DNA from: Candidatus Omnitrophota bacterium
GTDB taxonomy: Bacteria > Omnitrophota > Gorgyraeia > Zapsychrales > Fredricksoniimonadaceae
Assembly: GCA_015233675.1 (NCBI GenBank)
Contig: JADFXH010000002.1
Coordinates: forward strand, 14,794 to 78,793
DNA: 64,000 nucleotides
Direction of reading: 5' to 3'
Part shown: in pieces, positions 7,759 to 17,100 of the stretch
How positions within the stretch are numbered: position 1 is the first letter of the stretch
How the letters are laid out: each line of letters starts with the position of its first letter
Notes under the pieces: model-generated
What the model saw: only the letters and a program-made list of their open reading frames with translations
Told to the model about the DNA's origin: nothing
Databases searched by the model: none
Program-made: the position numbers and the translations under genes

Positions 7759-10719
7759 ATGTTCGACTTTCTTATACGTAAGGGGATAGTGCAAAATGCC
7801 CAGAAGTTTATCGACCGGTTAAATCCGCCGGTACAGATCCACATCCATCCGGAAGCCCCTCTGCCGTCCATTGGTTTAGTTAAAAAATTATCTGTCAGGG
7901 CCTCCGAGATTTGTGCCTTGGAAGAAAAGATAAAATCATTATCCGATGAGGAGCTTCGCTCCAAGACCTCGGAATTTAAAGGGCGTATTGATAAGGCGGT
8001 AAGCGCTAAAAAGAATGAATATGAGCAAATTCAGGCTAATTACCGTAAAGCCTCTTCGGGACAGGAGCGCGAGGACCTGGTTGTTGAGACCAAGCGCCTT
8101 GAAAAAGAATTGTCCGAATCTAAACAAGGCGTCCTTGATGAAATCCTCAATGAGGCCTTCGCGGTCATTCGCGAGACAGGGCGCAGAGTTTTAGGCTTGC
8201 GCCATTTTGATGTGCAACTAGTCGGGGGTATGGTGCTCAATAGCGGGGGTATTGCGGAGATGACTACCGGTGAAGGTAAAACTTTGGTGGCAACTTTACC
8301 GGTTTATTTGAATGCGTTGACGGGTGACGGTGTACACGTGGTCACGGTCAATGATTACCTGGCTCACCGTGACCGCAACTGGATGGGGCCCATTTATGAA
8401 TTTTTGGGGCTTACCGTTGGAGTTATCCAGCATGATATGAACCCGCGTGAGCGTCAAGCCGCGTATGGCTGCGATATTACCTACGGGACGAACAATGAAT
8501 TCGGCTTTGATTATTTGCGCGATAACATGGTTTCTTTTAAGGAAGAAATGGTCCAGCGCGGCCATGCTTTTGCTGTGGTCGATGAGGTTGACAGTATTCT
8601 GGTGGATGAAGCGCGAACCCCGTTGATTATTTCAGGCCCAGCGGAAGAAAGCACGGACAAGTATTACAGGGCTTTTCAGATTGCCCGTCAGCTTAGAGGC
8701 CGCCGTGTTACCGAGGCCCAGGAGATCGATGCCAAGCATAAGGGAGAAGATTTATATAAGGGATATGATTATCTGGCAGATGAAAAGGCTAAGTCCATTT
8801 CCCTTTCTGAAGAAGGAGAATCCAAAGCCGCAGAACTTTTTGGTGTTAAAAATTTGCATGAGATCGATACCAATGAATACCGTCATCATGTGATCTGCGC
8901 TTTGCGTGCCCAGGAGTTTTTTACCCGGGATGTGGATTATGTGGTTAAAGAGGGCAAGGTCATAATTGTTGATGAATTTACCGGACGCATGATGCCCGGC
9001 CGCCGCTGGTCTGATGGGCTGCATCAAGCGGTGGAGGCAAGGGAAGGCATCAAGATTGAGAGGGAAAATCAGACGCTGGCAACCATCACCTTTCAGAACT
9101 ATTTTCGTATGTACCGTAAATTATCCGGCATGACAGGTACTGCTTATACCGAGGCCAATGAATTTAAACAGATTTATAACCTAGATACAGTGGTCATTCC
9201 AACCAATCGACCGCTGATACGTATTAGTTATCCTGACTGCATTTATAAGACCACTCAGGAAAAATACAATGCCGTCGTCGATGAAATTAGTGCCTGCCAT
9301 GAAAAAGGCCAGCCGGTCTTAGTGGGTACGATTTCAATTGAAAAGTCTGAGCTCATCGCTGCCCTCTTAAAGAAAAAAGGCATCCCTCATCAGGTCCTGA
9401 ACGCTAAATACCATGAGTTAGAAGCGCATATCATCGCCCAGGCAGGCCGTTATAACGGGGTGACCATTGCGACTAACATGGCAGGCCGCGGTACGGATAT
9501 TGTCCTGGGGGGTAATGCCGAGTATTTGGCCCGCGCCCTTGCCGCTGAAAAAAGCACAGACCTTGATGATCAGGGCAGGGAAGAGATGATCAAAAAGTTC
9601 ATCACCCAATTTAAAGAACAAGTTTCTAAAGAAAAAGAACAGGTGCTTTCCGCCGGAGGGTTGCATGTCATTGGTACCGAACGCCATGAATCACGGCGTA
9701 TCGACAATCAGTTAAGAGGACGGTGCGGCCGTCAGGGAGACCCTGGTTCATCGAGATTTTATGTGTCCTTGCAGGACGATTTGATGCGATTATTCGCCTC
9801 TGAGAGCATTATGGCAGTTATGGATAAGTTAGGAATGAAAGAAGGCGAAGTTATTGAATCCCGCATGGTGTCAGGAGCTCTGGAAGTTGCACAAAAGAGG
9901 GTTGAGAATTACAATTTTGAGATCCGCAAGCAATTGCTGGACTATGATAATGTGATGAACAAACAGCGAGAGGTTATTTACAGCCTGCGCCGGTCCATCC
10001 TTGAAGGTGAAAATTTAAGAGACGTAATCATAGATGCTGTTTTGATGGCCTCTGACGATGTGGTGGATAGCCACTATGCGATAGAACAGAAAGAAGAAGC
10101 ATTTAATCATTTGGCCGCAGATGTGCAATCCAAATTTGGGGCGAATATTGATGCCCTTAAAGAGCAATGGAGCCCTTTAAACAGCCAACAGATCAAAGAG
10201 GAATTAGAAAAGGTCCTGATTCAGGCTTATGAGGTCAAGGAGGCCCAGGTGACCTCGGATATGATGCGCCGTATGGAGCGCATGATCCTTTTGCATGTCA
10301 TCGATACAAAATGGAAAGAGCATTTGTACAGTATGGACCAGGTCAAGGACGGTATCAGCCTGCGGGCTTTAGGCCAGCGAGATCCTTTGGTGGAATACAA
10401 GAAGGAAGGATTTTCCATGTTTAAGGCCATGTATGCGTCGATCAATCATGATGTGTCAGGGATGATCTTTAGGCTGGAAGCCATGCCGCAGGACCTTCGG
10501 CCTCGCTCGGTATTTAGCGCCATTCCCCAGAAAGCGGTGCATCAGGAATATCAGGGCGGAATTCCTAAACCTGTGGCACCACAGCAGGCGGCGTTAGAGG
10601 AAACCCAAACTTCTCAACGTCCCTCTGCCGCAGCCGCGCGCACCGGTGATAAGGTCGGACGTAATGAGCCCTGTCCCTGCGGGTCGGGTAAAAAATACAA
10701 AAAATGTTGCGGAGTTTAA
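7759..10719 (+). CDS. secA: Preprotein translocase ATPase SecA
   Basis: Motor motifs MTTGEGKTLVATLP and DEVDSILVDEARTPLIISG. C-terminal zinc finger CPCGSGKKYKKCCG. The N-terminus carries about 20 extra residues relative to E. coli SecA. Confidence 0.95.
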   Translation: MFDFLIRKGIVQNAQKFIDRLNPPVQIHIHPEAPLPSIGLVKKLSVRASEICALEEKIKSLSDEELRSKTSEFKGRIDKAVSAKKNEYEQIQANYRKASSGQEREDLVVETKRLEKELSESKQGVLDEILNEAFAVIRETGRRVLGLRHFDVQLVGGMVLNSGGIAEMTTGEGKTLVATLPVYLNALTGDGVHVVTVNDYLAHRDRNWMGPIYEFLGLTVGVIQHDMNPRERQAAYGCDITYGTNNEFGFDYLRDNMVSFKEEMVQRGHAFAVVDEVDSILVDEARTPLIISGPAEESTDKYYRAFQIARQLRGRRVTEAQEIDAKHKGEDLYKGYDYLADEKAKSISLSEEGESKAAELFGVKNLHEIDTNEYRHHVICALRAQEFFTRDVDYVVKEGKVIIVDEFTGRMMPGRRWSDGLHQAVEAREGIKIERENQTLATITFQNYFRMYRKLSGMTGTAYTEANEFKQIYNLDTVVIPTNRPLIRISYPDCIYKTTQEKYNAVVDEISACHEKGQPVLVGTISIEKSELIAALLKKKGIPHQVLNAKYHELEAHIIAQAGRYNGVTIATNMAGRGTDIVLGGNAEYLARALAAEKSTDLDDQGREEMIKKFITQFKEQVSKEKEQVLSAGGLHVIGTERHESRRIDNQLRGRCGRQGDPGSSRFYVSLQDDLMRLFASESIMAVMDKLGMKEGEVIESRMVSGALEVAQKRVENYNFEIRKQLLDYDNVMNKQREVIYSLRRSILEGENLRDVIIDAVLMASDDVVDSHYAIEQKEEAFNHLAADVQSKFGANIDALKEQWSPLNSQQIKEELEKVLIQAYEVKEAQVTSDMMRRMERMILLHVIDTKWKEHLYSMDQVKDGISLRALGQRDPLVEYKKEGFSMFKAMYASINHDVSGMIFRLEAMPQDLRPRSVFSAIPQKAVHQEYQGGIPKPVAPQQAALEETQTSQRPSAAAARTGDKVGRNEPCPCGSGKKYKKCCGV

Positions 10720-10848
10720 TTCTTAAAGAATTTTATTTAAATCCATAGTAAAATTAACCTCTTTCGAGGGTAATTTCTAAAGAAAGCGTTTCCCTGAAAT
10801 AGCCTTCCAGCCCTTGTTTTCCTTGTATAAATATTCCATATTTAAAGT

Positions 10849-13185
10849 ATGGGGACAAGGGCTCTTTTTATCCATATTTTTATCCTGACGGCATTCCTGT
10901 TTAATATGCTTGGGCCCCTACCTTGTGCCCAAGCCCAAGATTTTCGCCTGCCTGCTCCCGGGGTCATGGTTCGCTTAAGTCCGCTATTTGATCCCCTGAT
11001 ACTTAAAGGGGTCAAAATCCATCCGGACAATCCATTTCGTTTTGATTTCATTTTGGATAAAGGAGACAGTCAATTAAACAATGATCAACTCAAAGAGCAG
11101 TCTGCCAAGCTGATTAAGTATTTTTTGGCCAGCCTGACTATTCCGGAAAAAGACCTGTGGGTCAATCTATCGCCGTATGAAAAAGACCGTATCATACCGA
11201 ACAGTTTTGGTTTAACAGAAATGGGCCGGGATATGTTAAGTGAAGACTATATGCTAAAACAGATCACCGCAAGCCTGATTTATCCGGAAGATGGAGTAGG
11301 TAAAAGATTCTGGAAGCGGGTGTATGAAGAGGCCGTCCAAAAATATGGAATGACGGATATACCAGTGAATACGTTTAATAAGGTGTGGATCGTCCCTGAG
11401 AAGGCGGTTGTATATGAGAATGCCAAAGCAGGCACAGCTTATGTAGTTGAAAGTAAATTAAAGGTCATGCTGGAAGAAGATTATTTGGCATTGTCCAAAG
11501 ATCAAGGCCAGGTAAAAAACCTATTGCCTAATAACTCAACGCATTCTTTAGGCTCCCAAATCGTCCGTGAAATTGTTATTCCCGAACTGGTCAAGGAAGT
11601 CAACGAAGGGAAGAATTTTTCCCAACTTCGTCAAGTCTTCAATTCGCTTATTTTAGCCACTTGGTATAAGAAGAAAATCAAAGACAGCATCTTGACGCAG
11701 GTATATGCGGATAAAAACAAGACTGCCGGTGTTGAATATACTTCCACGATCGTTCCCGTAAAAGAGGGACTCCAATTTAAGAATGATGTTGAAGGTCTCT
11801 ATCAGGCATATTTAAAAGCTTTTAAAAAAGGTGTTTATAACTATATTAAAGAAGAATCCGATCCTGTGACTCAAGAAAGGATCCCCAGGAGGTATTTTTC
11901 GGGCGGTATTATATGGGATGCGGCGATGAGCATTTACATAAATCATGTTCCTGAAAGTGATTTACTAAAAGGGCACGGTTTGTTCTTGGAAGGGGTAGAT
12001 GTTGAACCATTGATGGCCCCAACAGGCAATCTGTTTAAAGAAGAGAAGGGTGAAATTAATTATTATAGTGAACTACATCGCCTTTCTGTAATCCTTAGGC
12101 AAATGCAGACAGATAAGGAAAAAGATTGGCATGGACACACAATACAATCTGATTTCCTTGTTCCAATGTTAATATCATTAATTCGTGAAGCCATGGCTCA
12201 AAATAAAGTGGTTATATCGGGTGAGATGGTAAGGGAAATGTCGAGGGCGTTTCATGTAATAGGTTCAAATCCAAACAAGAAATGGCCAGATGGGATTCCC
12301 TATTATGGGCAATATTATGAAGTTATAAAAGCCATTGTGATGAACGCTTCAAATATGAGATATGTAGAAGATATTTTAACAGAAAAAGTATCGCAAAGAA
12401 ATGATGGGCAGCTCGTGAGTTCTCAGTTTAAAGAGTTCATAGAGAAGAATTCCCCCCAAATGCCTAAATTGAATGCCAAAGAAATGAAGGGAGGGCCAAT
12501 TATTCAGGTTGTTGATTTGGGGGCTCCAGAAGTTCAGGATATGATAGTCACGCGCTTTACAGGGCACATTATTATTCCTAACGGGGATAGTCTAACTTTA
12601 TATACTGATGGGCAATTATTAGAAAAAGCCCGGGAGTGGTCAAATAGTTATTCGGGGCACCGCCTTGTTATGACTCAGGAAGGGACAATATATTTTAGTA
12701 AACTTTTAAGTGATGGACAATATGAAATCTTATATCCTTTCCTTTTAGATTATGAAGATTCTGGCATATTAGCAGAAATGTTGAGTAGAAAGACAGAGCT
12801 TCGCCGGGAAGTCATGGAAAAAGTAAATAAAGAATATCAAAAAATGGAAAGGAATGGACACCCTGATGCCCGTTTAGGCAATCTTTTAGTAAAAGTTGAA
12901 ATTGATCAGTCTGGTAATCCTATAATAGATGTTAAGGCAATTGATTGGGGGACTAAACCTGGCCATGCAATGGATGTTTCCACCCCAACCGGCGGTATCG
13001 ACCTGACCCCCGCGAATATGAATTTGCAGACACAAAACAATGGCGGCCCAATTAAATTCCGTATTGACCAAGCCATGCTGCGGCGACTGCAATCTGCCCC
13101 GGGTTTTACACCGGTGATTATTAATATACGGCCAATTCTTGACTTATCAGCGTTTTTAGGCATTAATAATATACCGGATAAATAA
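10849..13185 (+). CDS. Secreted protein of unknown function (778 aa) with a possible kinase-like catalytic-loop motif
   Basis: N-terminal signal peptide (LTAFLFNMLGPLPCAQAQ). Long uninterrupted ORF. I recognise no family. GHPDARLGNLLV...AIDWG near residue 660 resembles the HxDxxxxN plus D(F/W)G signature. Confidence 0.7.
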   Translation: MGTRALFIHIFILTAFLFNMLGPLPCAQAQDFRLPAPGVMVRLSPLFDPLILKGVKIHPDNPFRFDFILDKGDSQLNNDQLKEQSAKLIKYFLASLTIPEKDLWVNLSPYEKDRIIPNSFGLTEMGRDMLSEDYMLKQITASLIYPEDGVGKRFWKRVYEEAVQKYGMTDIPVNTFNKVWIVPEKAVVYENAKAGTAYVVESKLKVMLEEDYLALSKDQGQVKNLLPNNSTHSLGSQIVREIVIPELVKEVNEGKNFSQLRQVFNSLILATWYKKKIKDSILTQVYADKNKTAGVEYTSTIVPVKEGLQFKNDVEGLYQAYLKAFKKGVYNYIKEESDPVTQERIPRRYFSGGIIWDAAMSIYINHVPESDLLKGHGLFLEGVDVEPLMAPTGNLFKEEKGEINYYSELHRLSVILRQMQTDKEKDWHGHTIQSDFLVPMLISLIREAMAQNKVVISGEMVREMSRAFHVIGSNPNKKWPDGIPYYGQYYEVIKAIVMNASNMRYVEDILTEKVSQRNDGQLVSSQFKEFIEKNSPQMPKLNAKEMKGGPIIQVVDLGAPEVQDMIVTRFTGHIIIPNGDSLTLYTDGQLLEKAREWSNSYSGHRLVMTQEGTIYFSKLLSDGQYEILYPFLLDYEDSGILAEMLSRKTELRREVMEKVNKEYQKMERNGHPDARLGNLLVKVEIDQSGNPIIDVKAIDWGTKPGHAMDVSTPTGGIDLTPANMNLQTQNNGGPIKFRIDQAMLRRLQSAPGFTPVIINIRPILDLSAFLGINNIPDK

Positions 13186-13194
13186 CCTTGATAA

Positions 13195-13254
13195 GGGATT
13201 GCTTCGGCTTTTCACTCATCGAAAAGACTGCCTGCAGGGCAGCTCGTAATGACA
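13195..13254. repeat. Single arm of the GTCATT(C/A)(T/C)GAG repeat family (reverse orientation) with an internal CTGCC-TGCAG-GGCAG hairpin
   Basis: The reverse complement reads GTCATTACGAGCTGCCCTGCAGGCAG...CCGAAGCAATCCC, resembling the arms at 5285 and 6587. Confidence 0.45.
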
Positions 13255-13257
13255 ATA

Positions 13258-13285
13258 TTGACTTTCTCTTCTCACCCGCTAAAAT
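13258..13285 (+). promoter_or_regulatory. Candidate sigma70-type promoter for lnt (near-leaderless)
   Basis: TTGACT-N16-TAAAAT. The -10 element ends 6 nt before the lnt ATG, and there is no SD. Confidence 0.4.
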
Positions 13286-13291
13286 AGCCCA

Positions 13292-14740
13292 ATGATATTT
13301 TTTTCCTGTTTCTTATCCGCATTATTATTAATACTGTGCTTCCCTCAAATTGAATGGGCCCCTTTGGCATGGATTTCTCTGGTGCCGTTTTTCTGCATTC
13401 TTGACGGACAAGGGACATGGCGGGCCTTCAGGCGTGCTTATCTCTACGGTTTTGTGTTTTTTTTAGGCACTTTAGGATGGTTTGTTTATGTTACGTATCC
13501 CGGCGCATTTCTTTTGGTGGCCTTTCTGTCTTTATATTTTGCCTTCTTCGGGGTGATCTTTGTTTATTTTCAGCGTCTGGCGCTTATGCCGCGCATTTTC
13601 GTTCTAGCTTCGTGCTGGACTGGTTTAGAATTTATCCGCGCCCATCTTTTTAGCGGGTTCGGCTGGGTAATGCTCGGAGATTCTCAATATAAAAATCTCT
13701 GGCTTATCCAAATAGCAGACAAGACGGGCGTCTATGGGATTTCTTTTCTCGTGACTTTAGTCAATCTTTTAATTTTTGAAACGTGGCGGGCGCGTTCTTT
13801 GTTTTTCAAAGCGAATGTTGTTGTGACAGCAATATTGGCGTTTGCTCTTATTTATGGATTTTGTCTCACAAATCAAAATAAACATTATAAAATGGTCCGG
13901 GTTGGTGTTGTGCAGCCTAACATCCCTCTGGAAGTCGATTGGGACGAGAATCGTAAACCTTGGATTATTGACAAGACCATTCAATTGACTCAAAAACTTC
14001 AAGATCAAAAATTGGATTTGATCGTCTGGCCGGAAACATCGCTGCCGGGTAATATTAATGACGCTCCCTTTTTGACCAATAAAATTCAAGCCTTAGCTGA
14101 AAGTTTGAATACACCTATACTGATCGGCTCCATTGCCCAGGAAGAAGAGCGGTATTATAATTCCGCATTTTTGATCGGTGCGGATGGACTTATAAAGGGC
14201 CGTTATGATAAAATTCATTTGGTTCCTTTTGGTGAATATTTGCCAATAAGGCCTCTTATGGGATGGATCAATAAATTTGTCCCTTTGGATGATTTTACAT
14301 CGGGCAAAGTTTATAAGATTTTTTCGATTTCTTCTTTGCAAAAGAAGTTTGGCGTCTTGATTTGTTTTGAGGATACCATAGGTTATTTACGCCGTAATTT
14401 TGCCTTGGCAGGGGCGGATTTCTTTGTGAACATGACCAATGACGCATGGTTTAAGGATACCAAAGCGCCTTTTTTACATTTACAGACTGCGGTTTTTGGA
14501 TGTGTAGAAAATCATCGTTCACTTGCCCGAGCGGCTAATACCGGTGTAAGTGCTCTGATAGACCCATGGGGCCGCATAGTCGCCACAGTTAGCAATGAGC
14601 ATGGTAAAAAAGCTTTTGTTGAAGGGGCGAGCTGGGGATCGTTGCCATTAAATCATGAAAAGACCTTTTATACAAAATACGGAGATATTTTTACTTACTT
14701 GTGTTTTTTGTGTATATTAGTGGCAGCGCTAACCGCATAA
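13292..14740 (+). CDS. lnt: Apolipoprotein N-acyltransferase
   Basis: Multi-TM N-terminus followed by a CN-hydrolase domain (LIVWPETSLP, VLICFEDT, NDAWF). Confidence 0.85.
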   Translation: MIFFSCFLSALLLILCFPQIEWAPLAWISLVPFFCILDGQGTWRAFRRAYLYGFVFFLGTLGWFVYVTYPGAFLLVAFLSLYFAFFGVIFVYFQRLALMPRIFVLASCWTGLEFIRAHLFSGFGWVMLGDSQYKNLWLIQIADKTGVYGISFLVTLVNLLIFETWRARSLFFKANVVVTAILAFALIYGFCLTNQNKHYKMVRVGVVQPNIPLEVDWDENRKPWIIDKTIQLTQKLQDQKLDLIVWPETSLPGNINDAPFLTNKIQALAESLNTPILIGSIAQEEERYYNSAFLIGADGLIKGRYDKIHLVPFGEYLPIRPLMGWINKFVPLDDFTSGKVYKIFSISSLQKKFGVLICFEDTIGYLRRNFALAGADFFVNMTNDAWFKDTKAPFLHLQTAVFGCVENHRSLARAANTGVSALIDPWGRIVATVSNEHGKKAFVEGASWGSLPLNHEKTFYTKYGDIFTYLCFLCILVAALTA

Positions 14741-14799
14741 GGGCGTTGGCCCAACCTAATCAATGGAAAAGCTCACGGAATTTTAAGGAAGGGGCGTGT

Positions 14800-15168
14800 A
14801 TGGGCAAAAAAATCTTATTAGTTGACGATGATCCAGGGATCCATTTGGTCATCGTTCCGATTTTAAGTAAAGCGGGGTATTTGGTGGTTTCTGCAAAGCA
14901 TGGAGAGCAAGCTTTACACCTGGCGCTTGATGAACGTCCGGATTTGATCATTCTGGATGTTATTATGCCGGGAATCAAAGGACGTGACTTTTGTAAAAAA
15001 ATTAAATCGTATGATGTCCTTAAAGACATTGCGGTCATTTTTTTGACGGCTAAAAATTCCGAAGACGATATTAAGGCCGAGTTGGATGCCGGTGCCGTCA
15101 CCCACCTGACCAAGCCGGTAAATCCGGCGGATCTGCTCAAGACCATTGAGGGGATCATCGGGAAATAA
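14800..15168 (+). CDS. Single-domain CheY-like response regulator
   Basis: KILLVDDDPG...LIILDVIMPG...LTAK...KP receiver signature. ATG 14800 has the SD AAGGAAGGGG. The ORF-track start at 14701 overlaps lnt. Confidence 0.8.
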   Translation: MGKKILLVDDDPGIHLVIVPILSKAGYLVVSAKHGEQALHLALDERPDLIILDVIMPGIKGRDFCKKIKSYDVLKDIAVIFLTAKNSEDDIKAELDAGAVTHLTKPVNPADLLKTIEGIIGK

Positions 15169-15170
15169 CC

Positions 15171-16130
15171 ATGTTTAAAGATCTGAAGAAAAAGATTGAG
15201 AGAACCCTTGCGCGCTGGGCTTTTTATTTTTTTTCCTGGTTGTTCAGGGTTTTGCCTTATTCAGTCATTAAGTCGATATCAAGCGGATTGCTGACGGTTA
15301 TTTATTTTGTTTTGAGGCGTATGCGCAGGGCAGCCATGAGTACCTTAAGCATTGCATTTGGTAAGGAAAAATCTGAGGCGGAGTTAAAAATAATTTGTAA
15401 GGATTGTTTTTATAATGCCGGGCGAGGGGCTATTGAACTCGGGGTTTTTATGACCCGTCCTTTTTTGATCAAGGAAACATTCTCTTTTGAAGGCAATTCA
15501 CGTGAAAATTTGGAGGCGGCTTTTAAAGAGGGACACGGCGTCATAGGTATTTCTGCGCATTTCGGTAATTTCCCTTTGATGTTGCTTTATTTAGCTCAAA
15601 TTGGATATCCCACTAATGCAATCATCCGTCCTAGCCGTGATGAGGTCATTGAAAAGGATTTTCAAGCCGCGCGCACTCGTTTGGGGCTCAAGACAGTTCA
15701 TAGTTATCCCCGCGAGGCCTGTGTGGCGCAGTCGCTGAAAGCCTTACGTGACAAGGAATTGCTGGTGATTTTGCTGGACCAAAATACCGGCAGTAAGTCG
15801 GGTGTTTACGTTGATTTTTTTGGCCAGAAAGCGGGAACAGCAACGGGTCCTATAATTTTTGCCATGCGCACGGGGGCCCCGTTATTGCCAATCTTTACCT
15901 TACGTAAAGGCGATAGCGATATGCATACACTTGTGATCGAAAAGCATTTTTACCTGGAACAAAAAGCGACCGACGAAGAAACCATCCAGTACAATGTCCA
16001 GAAACTGACGAATATCATTGAAGGGTATATCCGCAAGTATCCAGCTGAATGGGGATGGATGCATCGTCGTTGGAAAAGCCGCCCGCAATCAGCAGGAGTG
16101 CAAGAACAAGTGAGGCAAAATGTGGCGTAA
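15171..16130 (+). CDS. Lipid A biosynthesis (Kdo)2-lipid IVA acyltransferase family protein (LpxL/HtrB-like)
   Basis: N-terminal TM segment. Acyltransferase H-box SAHFGNFPL. LVILLDQN and YPAEWGWMHRRWK tail are typical of the family. Confidence 0.7.
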   Translation: MFKDLKKKIERTLARWAFYFFSWLFRVLPYSVIKSISSGLLTVIYFVLRRMRRAAMSTLSIAFGKEKSEAELKIICKDCFYNAGRGAIELGVFMTRPFLIKETFSFEGNSRENLEAAFKEGHGVIGISAHFGNFPLMLLYLAQIGYPTNAIIRPSRDEVIEKDFQAARTRLGLKTVHSYPREACVAQSLKALRDKELLVILLDQNTGSKSGVYVDFFGQKAGTATGPIIFAMRTGAPLLPIFTLRKGDSDMHTLVIEKHFYLEQKATDEETIQYNVQKLTNIIEGYIRKYPAEWGWMHRRWKSRPQSAGVQEQVRQNVA

Positions 16131-16296
16131 AGTGATTTTTTTTATAGCAGGATTTATGTTAACAACTTTAGGGATCACCATTGTTTTACAGCAATGGCAA
16201 GCGGTGGTCCTGGTTTTTAAAGCATTTATCGGGGCATTTTTGGCGGTGACCGGTCTGGTCATTTTGTTTGCCTCTACACTTAAAAGTCATGATTAA
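16120..16296 (+). CDS. Small two-TM membrane protein (58 aa), unannotated in ORF track
   Basis: MWRKVIFFIAGFMLTTLGITIVLQQWQAVVLVFKAFIGAFLAVTGLVILFASTLKSHD. Its start overlaps the stop of the acyltransferase gene, and its stop overlaps ATG 16289 of the HAD gene. Confidence 0.4.
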   Translation: MWRKVIFFIAGFMLTTLGITIVLQQWQAVVLVFKAFIGAFLAVTGLVILFASTLKSHD

Positions 16297-16969
16297 AGCA
16301 GTTATATTTGACCTGGATGGCACGCTGGTCAATGCATATTCGGCGGTGAGCCAAAGCGTTAATTACACCTTGAATGCTTTGGGCTTTTTCCCTCGTTCTC
16401 ACGATGAGATCAAGCGCAGTGTCGGCGGCGGGGATCGCAAATTGATGGTCCATTTCGTCGGAGAGAAATTAGCGGACCGGGCGATGAAGATTTACAGGCC
16501 GCATCATACCAAAGCTTTAGGGCTTGAGGGTGCGGTAAAATTATTGCCCGGAGCTTGGAGGATTTTAAAGTTTTTAAAAGGCAGGGGATATAAGCTGGCC
16601 ATTGCCAGCAACCGGCCGACTAAATTCACGCGTATTATTTTAAAAGTGCTTGGTATTTTGGAGTTTTTTGATGTAGTGCTTTGTGCGGACCGTGCCGACC
16701 GGCCTAAGCCTTATCCGGATATGTTATGGGCGATTGCCAAACGCCTTAATTTTAATAAATCAGAAGTTCTGTATGTCGGAGATATGACGATTGATGTAAA
16801 ATGCGCTCACAAGGCAGGCGTGCGCATGGTAGCGGTGGCCACGGGCTCAAGTTTCAAGAAAGAATTAAAAGAATTGAAACCGTGGCATATTATCAGTAGA
16901 ATAGATCAACTTAAAAAAATTATAAGTTCCTCTGCAAGAGAGGGGACTACAGGGAGGGGTAATGAGTAA
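16289..16969 (+). CDS. HAD-superfamily hydrolase (phosphoglycolate phosphatase-like)
   Basis: Motif I VIFDLDGTL, motif II ASNR, motif IV VGDMTIDV. I prefer ATG 16289 to the TTG at 16268. Confidence 0.75.
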   Translation: MIKAVIFDLDGTLVNAYSAVSQSVNYTLNALGFFPRSHDEIKRSVGGGDRKLMVHFVGEKLADRAMKIYRPHHTKALGLEGAVKLLPGAWRILKFLKGRGYKLAIASNRPTKFTRIILKVLGILEFFDVVLCADRADRPKPYPDMLWAIAKRLNFNKSEVLYVGDMTIDVKCAHKAGVRMVAVATGSSFKKELKELKPWHIISRIDQLKKIISSSAREGTTGRGNE

Positions 16970-17042
16970 AAGATTACGTAAGGGGAAATTAAATTGGCGT
17001 TCTAAAAAAGCTAATCATGGGGCCAAACCCGGCAAGGGTTGA
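16962..17042 (+). CDS. Candidate 26-aa highly basic peptide
   Basis: MSKRLRKGKLNWRSKKANHGAKPGKG. Strong SD AGGGAGGGG lies 2-10 nt upstream. The ATG overlaps the HAD stop codon. Confidence 0.3.
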   Translation: MSKRLRKGKLNWRSKKANHGAKPGKG

Positions 17043-17100
17043 TTTAAAATTTTTTCAAATCAAAAAGCAACGGTTGCAATATAAATGTTAGGATAAAGAA

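Noticed and set aside
7759-7890. SecA N-terminal region as a possible mis-called start or separate small gene
   Set aside because: The first residues (MFDFLIRKG...) still resemble a SecA N-terminus, with a short lineage-specific insertion before the conserved ...LEEKIKSLSDEEL segment. No better in-frame start with an SD is visible.
14701-14799. Long N-terminal extension of the CheY-like receiver (ORF-track start 14701)
   Set aside because: The extension overlaps the lnt 3' end and encodes non-receiver sequence. ATG 14800 is preceded by a good SD and gives a canonical 122-aa receiver.
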